DNA of 64,000 bases from Thermoanaerobaculia bacterium (GTDB lineage Bacteria > Acidobacteriota > Thermoanaerobaculia > Multivoradales > UBA5704). Within the stretch, counting starts at the first letter, position 1. Every line of letters starts with the position of its first letter. Location: assembly GCA_045807625.1 (NCBI GenBank), contig JBJMHA010000044.1, positions 12,319 to 76,318 on the forward strand, written 5' to 3'. The notes below the pieces were generated by a model. It was given only the letters and a program-made list of their open reading frames with translations. It was not told the origin of the DNA and did not search any database. The position numbers and the translations under genes were made by a program. This document shows positions 8,911 through 20,900 of the stretch, piece by piece.

Positions 8911-11900
8911 TCAGACCCTCGCCACAATGGTTTTGGTTTTCAGGAATTCCTGGAGCTTCGACGCGTCGCGCTCCCGTCGCCGCGCGGTCTCGTCGCCGTC
9001 CGTCACCAGGGAGCTCAGCCGCGCGTCCGGGCGCTCCAGCAACCGGCGCAGCAGCGCCTCGAAGCGTCCATGCAGAGTCTCGATGCGGGAGGGCTCGAAC
9101 AGGTCGGTGCTGTACATCCAGGAACCGGACAGGCCGGCACCGTCTTCGAGCACGATGAGCATCAGATCGAACCGGACCAGCTCCTCCGCCGCCGGAACCT
9201 CGGACAGCGACAGTCCGAGGCTCTCCAGGGGAGTGCCTTCGACGCTGTGCCGCGGAGCGTTGTTGAAGTTCAGCACCACCTGGAAGAGAGGCCTCTGGCT
9301 CCCCTGGTCAGGGCGCAGCTCCCGGACCAGCCGGTCGTAGGAGACGTCCTGGTGGGCGAACGCTCCCAGCACCACCTCGCGGCAGCGCCGCAGCAGCTCG
9401 CGGAAGGTGGGATCCCCCGCAAGGTCCATGCGCATCACCAGCATGTTGATGAAGAAGCCGATCAACCCCTCCGTCTGCCCCTGGGAGCGGCCGGCCATGT
9501 CGGCTCCCACCACCACGTCGTCCTGGGCGGTGTAGCGGTGGATCAGCAGGCTCAGCACGGCGAGCAGGAGCATGAAGAAGGTGACGCCTTCGCTGCGGCA
9601 GAGCTGGCGCAGCTCCGCGGTCTCCTCGGCGGAAAGCCGGAAGGACCGGTGCCGTCCCCGGTGCGTCGGCCGGTCGGGCCGCGGCCGGTCGGATGGCAGC
9701 TCCACCAGGGGAGGAAGCGCGCCGAGCTGCGCCCGCCAATAGGCGAGCTGCCCGCGCAGCGCCTCGCCCTGCATGCGCTCGCGCTGCCAGGCGGCGAAGT
9801 CGCCATACTGGATCTCCAACTCCGGCAGTGGTGAGGGGGCGCCCTGCCGGCGGGCGCCATAGAGCGTGGTGGCCTCCCGCACCAGGACGCCCAGCGACCA
9901 GCCGTCCGCCGCGATGTGGTGCAGCGCCATCAACAGCACGTGGCTGTCGCCGGTCTCCCGCAGGAGGCAGGTGCGGGCGAGCGGCCCCCGGCCGAGGTCG
10001 AACGGCCGGAGGCCCACCTCGGAGGCCAGACGCAGGACCTCGCCGTCACGGGCGTCGGCCGCCAGCGCCGCCAGGTCCACGACGGGGAGCGGCCATTCAC
10101 CATCTGGCACGGCCACCTGGACGGCCTCGTCGGCGAGCGCCTCGAAGCGGGTCCGGAGAACCTCGTGCCGGGCCACCACCTCCCCCAGACTCCAGCGTAG
10201 GGCCTCGACGTCCAGCCGGCCGGTCAGGCGCAGGGCGAGAGGCAGGTTGTAGGCACCGCTGCCGGGCTCGAGCTGGTGGAGGAACCAGAGGCGTTGCTGG
10301 GCGTCCGAAAGGGGGGCCGCCGCGCCGTCCGGCCGTCGTGGGATCCGCTCGACGGCTCCGGCCGCCCCGCCCTGCCGGTGCGCCTCGATCGCCGCCGCCA
10401 TCTCCAGCAGCCGCGGACGCTCGAAGATCAGCCTCAGGGGGAGGTCTAGGCCGAAGGCGTCACGCAGGCGGGACACCAATTGGATGGCCAGCAGGGAGTG
10501 ACCGCCCCGGTCGAAGAAGTCGTCGTCCCTCCCGACCCCTTCGGTGCCGAGTAGCTGCGACCAGATCGCGGCGAGCGTCCCCTCCACCTCGCCATGCGGG
10601 GCGAGGGGAACGTCGCCCTGCTCCGGTCCGGTCCGGTCCGGACCAGGGAGCGCCCGGCGGTCCACCTTGCCGCTGGGCGTGAGCGGCAGCCGGTCCAGGA
10701 ACAGGACGTGGGACGGGACCATGTAGCCCGGCAGGGAGCCGCGCAGAAAGCCGCGCAGCTCCCGGCCCAGCGCGGGCTCCACCGGCGTCGTCCCGGCGGG
10801 GACCACCCAGGCGACGAGGCGCCGGTCCCCCGGTCTCACCTCACGCACGTCCACGACCGCCTGTCCGACCGCCGGATGGTGGGCCAGGTGGGACTCGATC
10901 TCCCCCAGCTCGATGCGATGGGTGCGGATCTTCACCTGCTGGTCGGCCCGCCGCAGGAACTCCAGGGAGCCGTCGGGGCGCCAGCGCGCCAGGTCGCCCG
11001 TCCGGTAGAGGCGCTGTCCCGTCCCTCGCCCTCCCAGGCTACTCAGCGGGTGCGGAAGGAAGGCCGACGCCGTCGATCCCGGACGGTCGAGGTACCCGCG
11101 GGTCACTCCAGAGCCGCCGAGATACAGGTCGCCGGGCACGCCGGCGGGGACCGGCCGCAGGGAGGCGTCGAGGACGAACGCCTCGGCCCCGCCCAGGGGG
11201 CGGCCAATGGACGCTCCGGTTGACGGGAACGCGGCCGGCCTCCCGGCCACGAGAGGGAACACGGTGGCGGTGATGGTCGTCTCGGTTGGACCATAGCAGG
11301 AGAGGAAGAGGCCGCCGTCGTCCGCCACCGCCCGCCACTGCTCCAGCAGATCGCTTCCCAGGCTCTCGCCGCCGGTGATCCAGACGCGGACCGGCGGCCG
11401 GGGGGCGAAGCCGCGGTCCAGCTCGCGGAAGAGCTGGCGCATCAGCTCCATCGGCACTTCCACGACGGTCACCCTCTGCTCGGCGCAGAAGACCAGGAGC
11501 TCGGCCGGCGACAGGCGTCCAGGCGCGGGATGGAGCACCAGGGAGGCGCCGCTGGCGAGGGTGGGGTAGATCTGTTCCGCGGCGGCGTCGAAGGAAATGG
11601 ACAGGAACTGCAAGACCCGGTCGCCGGCGCCGAGACCGGCCACCCGGGCCAGAGCGGACGTGTAGCGGGCGAGCCCGCCATGATGGGCCACGACCCCCTT
11701 CGGCCGCCCGGTGGATCCCGAGGTGTAGATCACGTAGGCCGCCTGCGCCGGGTCGATGCCGCCTCGCGTGAGGTCGCCCGGCGCGCTGCTCGCGAGCTCG
11801 CCGAAGCAGATGCGGCGGACCGGGCGGCCGGTGGCGGGCAGTGCCTGGAGCAGGGACGGCTGGGTGAGCAGCAGCTCGATCCCGGAGTCGTCGAGCAGGA

Positions 11901-14900
11901 TGGCCAGGCGCTCGGCCGGGTACGCGGGATCGAGCGGGACGTAGGCCCCTCCGGCCTTGAGCACGCCGAGGAGCCCCACGATCATCTCCGGAGAGCGCTC
12001 CATGCAGAGGCCGACCCGCGCCTCGGTCCTCACCCCCAGGGCGACCAGTCTGCGGGCGAGGTGCTCCGTCCGCGCCACGAGGTCGCCATAGGTGAGCCGA
12101 TCCCCGCCGCAGACCAGCGCGACCGCGTCGGGGTCGCGCGCGGCCTGAGCCTCGATCAGGCTGACCACGTCGCCGCCGTCGTATCCGGCCTGCGGAGCGG
12201 CGCTCCACTCGCCGGCCAACTGCCAGATCTCCGCCCGGGAGAGCGCCCGGAGGTCCGCCAAGAGGGCCTGGGGATCGGCGGCGGCCGCCTCCAGAAGGTT
12301 GGCCCAGTGCTCCGCCAGGCGGCCCACCGTGGGCGCGTCGAACAGGTCGGTGCTGTAGTCGAAGCGGGTGGCGAGCCGGCCATCGGCCATCTCGGTGACC
12401 GCCAGGGCGAGATCGAGCTTCGCGGGCACATGCTCGCCCCCCAGGAACGGGGAGAAGGAGAGATCCCCCAGCTCCACGCCGCCGGTGCCGGCGTTCTGGA
12501 GCACGAAGAGGACCTGGAACAGGGGCGAGCTCGCGAGATCGCGTTCGGGCTGGATCTCAGCCACGATCTTCTCGAAGGGAAAATCCTGGTACGTGTAAGC
12601 GCCGAGCGCCGCTTCCCGCACCCTGGCCAGCATATCGGTGAACCGGTCCGTACCGGCCAGCCGCCCGCGCAGCACCAGGGTGTTGGCGAAGAAGCCGATG
12701 AGGGGCTCCAGCTCCGCGCAGCCGCGGTTCGCGATGGGCGTGCCCACCAGCAGATCCGCTTGCCCGGTGCTCCGGAAGAGCAGGACGTAAAGCGCGCTCA
12801 GCAGGGTCATGAACAGGGTCGTCCCCTGCTCCCGGCCCAGCGCGGCGAGCGTGGCGGTGAGGCGGGCGGGCAGCACGATCCGCCGGCTGGCGCCGCGGAA
12901 CGAGAGCGCCGCCGGTCGCGGCCGGTCCGCCGGCAACTCCAGCACGTGGGGAGCCCCCGCGAGCTGCTCCCGCCAGTAGGCGAGATGGGCCTCCAGGACC
13001 GGACCGCGCAGCCACTCCTTCTGCCAGGCCGCGAAGTCCGCGTACTGGACGGACAGCTCCGGAAGGGGGGAGGGCTGGTTCCGCACGAAGGCCTGATAGA
13101 GAGTCACGAGCTCGCGGACGAGGACGTCCATGGACCAGCCGTCGCTCACGATGTGGTGGAGCGTGAGGACGATGACGTGCTCGGCCGGCCCTAGGCGGAG
13201 CAGCAGTGTCCGCAGAAGGGGAGCGCGGTCGAGGGCGAACGGGCGGGCAACCTCGGCGGCGGCCAGCCGGCCGGCCACGGTTTCCCGCGCCGTCTCCGGC
13301 AGGGCGGAGAGGTCCACCAGGGGCAGGACGAGACGGAGCTCCGGCAGGATGCGCTGGTAGGGCCGCCCCTGCTCGTTCTCGAAGACCGTCCGCAGCGCCT
13401 CGTGCCGCCGCACCAGCTCGTCCACGCTCCGCTCCAGGGCGGCCAGCTCCAGAGGTCCCCGCAGGCGCAGAGCGGAGTCGATGTTGTACACCGGCAACCC
13501 GGGCTCGAGCTGGTCCAGGAACCAGAGCCGTTCCTGGGCGAAGGAGAGGACCTCGCGGCCGGTGCGAGGGATCCGCCGGATGGGCGGCACGGCCAACCCC
13601 GCCTGGGCGGAACGCGCCTCCTGGATACGGGGCGCCAGGTCGCTCAGGACCGGCGTCTCGAAGATCCAGCGCAAGGGCATCTCCACGCCGAATGCGGCGC
13701 GCACCCGCGAGACGAGCCGGGCCGCCAGGAGGGAGTGCCCGCCCAACTCGAAGAAACCGTCGCCCGCCCCCACCCGCTCCACCTTGAGGAGATCGGACCA
13801 GAGAGCGGCCAGGAGCTCCTCGGCCGGCGTCCGCAGCGCTGCATGTCCACCGGGGGACAGGGCTTCGGAAAGGTTGGGAGCGGGCAGCGCGCGACGATCG
13901 ATCTTGCCGCTCGAGTTGAGCGGCAGCGTGTCGAGGAAGACGAAATGGGCCGGGACCTCGTACTCCGGCAGCACCTCGCGCAGGCCGGCCCGCAGGTCGC
14001 TCGCGCTCAGCTCCGCGCCGTCGGCGGGGACCACGTAGCCGACCAGCCGCTTCTCGCCCGCCACCTCTTGTGCGGTCACCACCGCCGCGTGCACGCCGGC
14101 CAGCCGGGCCAGGGCCACTTCCACCTCGCCGAGCTCGATGCGGAAGCCGCGGACCTTGACCTGGTGGTCGAGCCGGCCGAGGAACTGGAGCGTTCCGTCC
14201 GCCCGCCACGCGACCCGGTCCCCCGTGCGGTAGAGCCGCCCCCCCGGCTCCGTCGCGAAGGGGTCCGGGATGAAGGCCTCCGCGGTCTTCGCGGAATCCT
14301 TCAGGTATCCCCGGCCCACACCGATACCGGAGACGAAGAGCTCCCCCGGAACCCCGACCGGCACCAGCGCGAGCGCGGCATCGAGCAGGTAGAGGCGGAA
14401 GTTGTCCATCGTCCGGCCGATCGGCGCGACGGAATCCACGTCGTCGGGGGGATGACTCACGACCCAGTGGGAGACGTTGTCCGAGCACTCTGTCGGGCCG
14501 TAGGCATTCAACAGCGGGACGTGCGGATAGAGGCCGAGCCAGCGGCGGCAGAGGGCGGCGGGAAGCGCCTCGCCCGTCGGCGAGAGCCAGCGTAGCGCGC
14601 GCAGGGCGGGGCGGTCGTCCTCCCGCCGTTCGATCCCGTCGAGCATCACCCGCAGCAGCGAGGGAACGGTCTCGAGGATCGTGACGCCCTCGCGGTCGAC
14701 CGCCGCGAGCAGTCGTTCCGGATCGCGCGCCGTCTCGTCCGGGAAGATCCGCACCCGTCCGCCGACGAGGAGAGCGGCGAGGAACTCCCAGACGGAGATG
14801 TCGAAGCACTGTGATGCCGTCTGGGCGATCAGGTCGCGATCGTTGAGCCCGAGCTCCGTGACCTTCGCGCGGAGGTGGTTCAGCATGCCGCGATGCTCGA

Positions 14901-17900
14901 CCATGGCCCCCTTGGGAGTGCCGGTCGAGCCGGAGGTGTAGATGACGTAGGCGAGTGACTCCGGCCATGTCCGCGAGGGCGGATTGGCGTCGTCATCGCC
15001 GTCCACGGTCGCGAGCTCGAGCGGCAGGAGCACCGCCCGCTGATCCTCCTGCAACTCGGCGAGCGCCGCCGCGAGGCGCGGCGCGTGCCCGGCGCCGGCC
15101 AGAGCCCATCCGGCACCGCTGCCGGTCAGGATCTGCCGCCATCGCGACGGCGGGTGATGGGGGTCGAGCGGCAGATAGGCGCCGCCCGCCTTGAACACCG
15201 CCAGGATCGCGACCAGGAACGCGCGACCGCGGTCAGCGAGCAGGGCCACCAGCCGGTCGTCGCCGACTCCCGATACGGCCAGGTGCCGCGCCAAGCGGTT
15301 GGCCTGGCGGTTGAGATCCCCGTAGGTCAGGATGCCGTCGTCATCGATCACGGCCACCGATTGCGGGTGGTGCGCCGCCTGGAGCTCGAAGCTGCGCACC
15401 ATCGGAGTCGCCGCGATCCCCACGGCCACATCGTTCCATTCTGCCGTCATCTGGTGCCGTTCGGCCGGCGACAGGAGGGGGATCTCGGGCAGGCGCAGGC
15501 CGGGGTCGGCCGCCACCGCCTCGGCGATACGGGCGAGGCTGCCAAGGAACCGGTCCACGGTGACCGCATCGAAGAGGTCGGTGGAGTATTGGGCCGTGCC
15601 CCGCAACGAGCCCGCCGACTCCTGGAAGAACAGGGTGAGGTCGAACTGCGCCGCGGTCATCTGCGCCGGAATTCCGAGCAGTCGTACGCCGGGGAGCTCG
15701 AAGACCGTTCGCGTGGGGGTCTGCAGTACCAGCATCACCTGGAACAACGGCGAGCGGGCGAGATTGCGCTCGGGCAGCTCCTCGACGAGCTTCTCGAAGG
15801 GCATGTCCTGGTGCGCCTGGGCCTGGAGGACCGTCTCACGCGCCCGCGCCAGGAGATCGCGGAACGGGGGCGCACCCGACAGGTCGGTCCGCAGCACCAG
15901 GGTGTTGACGAAGAACCCGATCAGGTTTTCGGTCTCCGTCCGGTTTCGATTGGCCACCGGGCAGCCGATGCTCAGGTCCTCGGAATGGGTGTATCGGTAG
16001 AGAAAAGCCTGGAAGATCGCCAGCAGCACCATGAAGGTCGTGGCACCCTGCTCGCGTCCGAGCTGTTGCAGGTCCGCCGCGACCGCCGGCGACCATGCGA
16101 AGGTGCGCGTGTCTCCCCGCGAGCTCTGGACCGCCGGCCGCGGCCGGTCGGTGGGCAGGTCGAGCGCCGGCGGTACGCCGGCCAATTGGCGACACCAATA
16201 GGCGAGTTGGCGGTCGAGCACGCTGTCCCGCAGCCAGGCGCGCTGCCAGACCGCGAAGTCGGCGTACTGGACGGGCAGCTCTGGCAGCGGCGACGGCTCC
16301 CCTTGGAGAAAGGCGCTATAGAGCGCGACCGTCTCCTGCGCCAGGACGCCCGCCGACCAGCCGTCGGAGGCGATGTGGTGCACGGCAAGGAACAGATGGT
16401 GGACCTCCTCCTCCAGGCGCAGGAGCACGGCCCGCAAAGGTGCCCCGCTCTCCAGGTCGAAGGGCCGGACGACCTCCCGGGAGGCCAGACGGCGAGCTTC
16501 GCCCTGGCGGAGAGCCGGCGGCAGCGCCGAGAGGTCCATCAGTGGGAATGGCACCTCCGCCGCGGCGAGCACGACCTGCCGGGGCTCTCCGTCCACGGTG
16601 CGGAAGACGGTGCGCAGGACCTCATGGCGCCGCACGATCTCCCGCAGGCTGAGGGCCAGCACGGGGACGTGCAGCCGGCCCTCGAGCCGGAAGAAATTGA
16701 CCAGATGGTAGGCCGGGTTGCCCGGCTGGAGGCGGTCCAGGAACCAGAGGCGCTGCTGGCCGTAGGAGAGCGGCAGCCCGGCGGCATCGCGTACTACACG
16801 GACCAGGGGCGGCGGCGCGAGCTCCCCGCCGTCCGCCTCTGTGGAGCGGCTCGCGAGCCGCAGGCCATGGACCGCCGGGGCCAGCTCCGCGGGAGTCGGG
16901 CGCTCGAAGAGAAGGCGCAGAGGGATCTCGATCGCGAGGCGCTCCCGCAGGCGGGAGAGCACGCGGATGCCCAGCAGGGAGTCGCCCCCGAGCTCGGCGA
17001 AGGCGTCGTGCACGCCGACGCGCTCGAGGCCGAGCACCTCCTGCCAGACGGATGCGATCTCCCGTTCCAGCTCGTCACGGGGCGCCACGTAGGCCTGGGG
17101 CAGGTCCGGCCGCTGGTGGGAGGCGGCGGAGGCCGCCGCGTCTCCCTGCGCGAGGCGCTGCGCCAAGTCGTCGGTGGTCTCCGCGAGCTCGATCACCGTC
17201 TCCAGATCTTGCGGAGAGACCACCACCTGCGCGGCACCGAGGGCAAGGGCACCGCCGAGCGCCTCGATGCCCTCGGCGGGGAGGATGGCCCGTGCGAGCC
17301 GCCGCCGTCGTTGCTCCGGAGATTCGAAGGGGATCTCCGTCCGCGCGGCCATGCCGACCTCTGCCCAGGCGCTCCAGGCCAATGCCACGACCGGCGTACG
17401 ACCATAGGAGGCGCGGGATTGGGCGAAGGCGTCGAGGAAGGAGTTGGCGGCGCAATAGTCGACCTCGCCGACGCCACCGGTGACGGCGGTCAGCGAAGAG
17501 CAGAGCACGAAGAAGTCCAGGGGACGCGGGCCGAGCAGGGCATCGAGCACGAGCGTGCCCCGCACCTTCGGCGCCAGCACGGCCGCCGCTCCGGACTCAT
17601 CCTTGAGCTCGATGAGCCCGCCCCCGGGAACGCCGGCAGCATGGACGACCCCTGCGATGGGACCGAACCGCTCCTCGGCCCGGTGCAGGCAGTCCGCCAT
17701 CGCTCCAGGGTCGGCGACGTCCGCCGCCAGGGCCAGGACTTCGGCCCCCAGCTCCTCCAGCGAGCGAATGGCCCGGAGCGCACCCTCGTCGGCAGGGCCG
17801 GAGCGCGAGACGAGGACCAGGCGGGCCCGGATCCGCCGCGCCAGCTCCCCTGCCAGCGTCAACCCGATACCCCCCAGGCCGCCTGTGATCAGATAGACGC

Positions 17901-20900
17901 CTTCGTCCCGGAGGTTCCATCCGGCGCCGGAAGGGCGAACGGCTTCGAACGCCTGCACCCAGCGACGGCCTCCACGCAGAGCTACCAGGGGCTCCGCTCC
18001 GGCCGCCAGCAGCTCGTCCACGAGCAGCTCGACGCTCTCATTCCCGGTCGCCAGATCGAGACTCCGGCAGACCACGTCCGGCCGCTCCCGCGGCAGGACG
18101 CGGACGGGACCGAGGAGCAGCGCCCTGGCCGGCTCGATCTCCTCGTCCCCTACGACGCGCTGGAGCCCGCTCGATATGATGTCCAGCCGCGTCCGCCGTC
18201 CGGCCATCCGCGGCAGCGCCTGCGCCAGGAAGAGCAGGCTGTAGAAGGCCCGGGTCTCCGCCGTGGCAAGGTCTGCGAGAGCCGTTCTCCCCGCCGCCCC
18301 GAGATTCCACAGATGGACGATCCGGTCCGGCAGCGGGCCGCGCCGGCGCAGCTCCGCGAAGAGCGCGGTGTAGTCGCCGGAGCGCCGCGGATCGAGCGTG
18401 AGCCGCTCTTCTCCAGCGGAGAAGCCCCTCCCGGGGAACACTTCCGTGACCTGCTCGCCCCGCTGGCGCAACCGTTCGGCCACCGCTGCCGCCGGGCCGT
18501 CGGGCTCCGAGAAGAGTAGCCAGCTCCCCCCGGCCGCCTTGTCGGCAGGCGGGGGAGCCTGCGCCTGCCGCCAGGCCGGCAGATAGAGCCAGTCCGCCAC
18601 GTCCGATCGCTTCTCCAGCATCCGCCGCGCGGGCCGTGCCCCGCTCGGCTTCAAGTCGACCCAGTAGCGCTGGCGCTCGAAGGGGTAGGTGGGCAGGGAC
18701 AGGCGCCGCCGCCCTTGGCCGGCATGCAGCCGGTCCCAGGCCACCGGCACTCCGGCCGTCCAGAGGCTGCCCAGGGCCTGCAGGAGGACCCGCAGATCCT
18801 CGTCTTCCTCGCGAGGGCTCCGCATGGAGGGGACTGCCAGCAATCCGCTCGCTGCCTCTCCCTGTCGTCGGGCCAGCCGGCTCAGCGAGTCTCCCGGTCC
18901 GACCTCCAGGAAGATCCGGCCGGGCTCCGTGGCCAGCGTCGCGAGGCCGGCGGAGAACCGGACCGTCTGGCGAAGATGGCGGGCCCAGTAGCCGGGATCG
19001 GTGGCCTCCCCGGCGGTGATCCAGGTGCCGGTGAGATTGGAGACGAAGGGGATGCGGGGGGGCGACAGGGGGATCCGGCGCACCGCCGCCGCGAACCTCT
19101 CCATGGCGGGTTCCATCAGGCGCGAGTGGAACGCATGGGAGGTGTGGAGGGAACGGTGCTCGATTCCCGCTTCTCCCAGACGCCGGGCCAGCCCTGCGAC
19201 CGCCTCTCCCGCACCCGACACGACGCACGCCGCCGGACCGTTGACCGCCGCGAGAGAGAGATCGTCGCCCAGCAAAGGGAGAACCTCCTCCTCCGGCAGG
19301 CCGACCGCCAGCATGACACCGGCAGGGAGCTCCTGGATCAGCCGCCCCCGCTCGGCGACCAGGCCGAGGGCATCGTCGAGTGTGAAGACCCCGGCCAGGC
19401 AGGCGGCTACGTACTCCCCGACGCTGTGGCCGAGCAGAGCTTCCGGGCGGACCCCCCGCTCCATCCAAAGTGTCGCGAGGGCGTGCTCGATTACGAACAG
19501 GGCTGGCTGCGCCAGGCGGGTTTCACGGAGCAGATCGGCGGAGCCCGCCTCCGGTTGCGCGAACAGGGCTGCGCGCAGATCGAAGCCCAGGGGGGCGCGC
19601 AACGTCTCACAGCAACGGTCCACGGCGTCGCGGAATGCGGGCTCCTCCCGGTAAAGGCCCAGGGCCATACCGGGATGCTGCGCCCCCTGGCCGGGGAACA
19701 GGAAGGCGACCGGCCGGTGGCGCGGCTCCTCGGCGCGCGTGATCACCTTGCGTGAGCCGGTCTCGGCCAGCGTCCGGGCGGCGTCGCGAGCGTCGCTGCA
19801 GACCGCGATCCGTCGGTGCTGGAACGCCTTGCGGCCGACCTGCAGCGTATGGGCCACGTCGGCGAGATCGACATCGGGCCGTTCTTCAAGAAAACGGCTC
19901 AGATTGGCGGTGGCGGTCTCCAGGGTGGACGCGGTGCGGGCGGAGAGCGCCAGCAGGTGCCAGGGCCGCGCGGGGCCAGGAGGGGGTGGCGCCGGCGCCT
20001 CCTCGAGGACCGCGTGGGCATTGGTGCCGCCGATCCCGAACGAGCTGACGCCGGCCCGCCGGGGGGAGCCGTCCGTCCGCCATTCCCGCAGCTTGTCGAC
20101 GACGAAGAACGGGCCTCCTGCGAAATCGACGTTGGGATTGGGTCGCTCGAAATGGAGCGTGGGGGGGAGCAGCCTCTGCTCGAGGGCGAGCACGGTCTTG
20201 ATGAAGCCGGCGACGCCCGAGGCCGTGTCCAGGTGGCCGATGTTGCTCTTCACCGAGCCGATGCCGCAGCGCCCGCCTTCTCCCGGCCCGAAAGCCTCCG
20301 TGAGCGCCGCGATCTCGATCGGATCTCCCAGGGCCGTGCCGGTGCCGTGGGTCTCGACGTAGGAGACGGACGCGGGGTCGACCTCCGCCAAGGCGAGAGC
20401 CTCCACGATCACCGCCGCCTGCCCCTCGACGCTGGGGGCTGTGAAGCCGACCTTGCCGGCGCCGTCGTTGTTGATCGCGGTCCCCCGTACGACGGCGTGG
20501 ACTTGGTCGCCGTCTGCCAAGGCCTCCTTGAGCCGCTTGAGCACCACGATGCCGAGACCGTTGCCGCCGACGGTCCCCGCGGCGCGGGCATCGAAAGGCC
20601 GGCAGTGTCCGTCGGGGGAGTGGATCCCCCCTTCCTGATAGACGTAGCCGGCCTTCTGGTGAGCGCTGAACGACACCCCGCCGGCCAAGGCCATGTCGCA
20701 CTCGCCGTTGAGCAGCGCCTGGCAGGCCAGATGGATCGCCACGAGGGAGGTCGAGCAGGCCGTCTGCACGCAGACCGCGGGACCGCGGAGGTCCAGCTTG
20801 TAGGCGGTCCAGGCGGCGAGATAGTCCTTGTCGTTGCCGTGGATGGTCCGGAAGCGGCCCACCGCCTCCATGGCGGCCGGATTCGAGTAGAGGTTGAACA

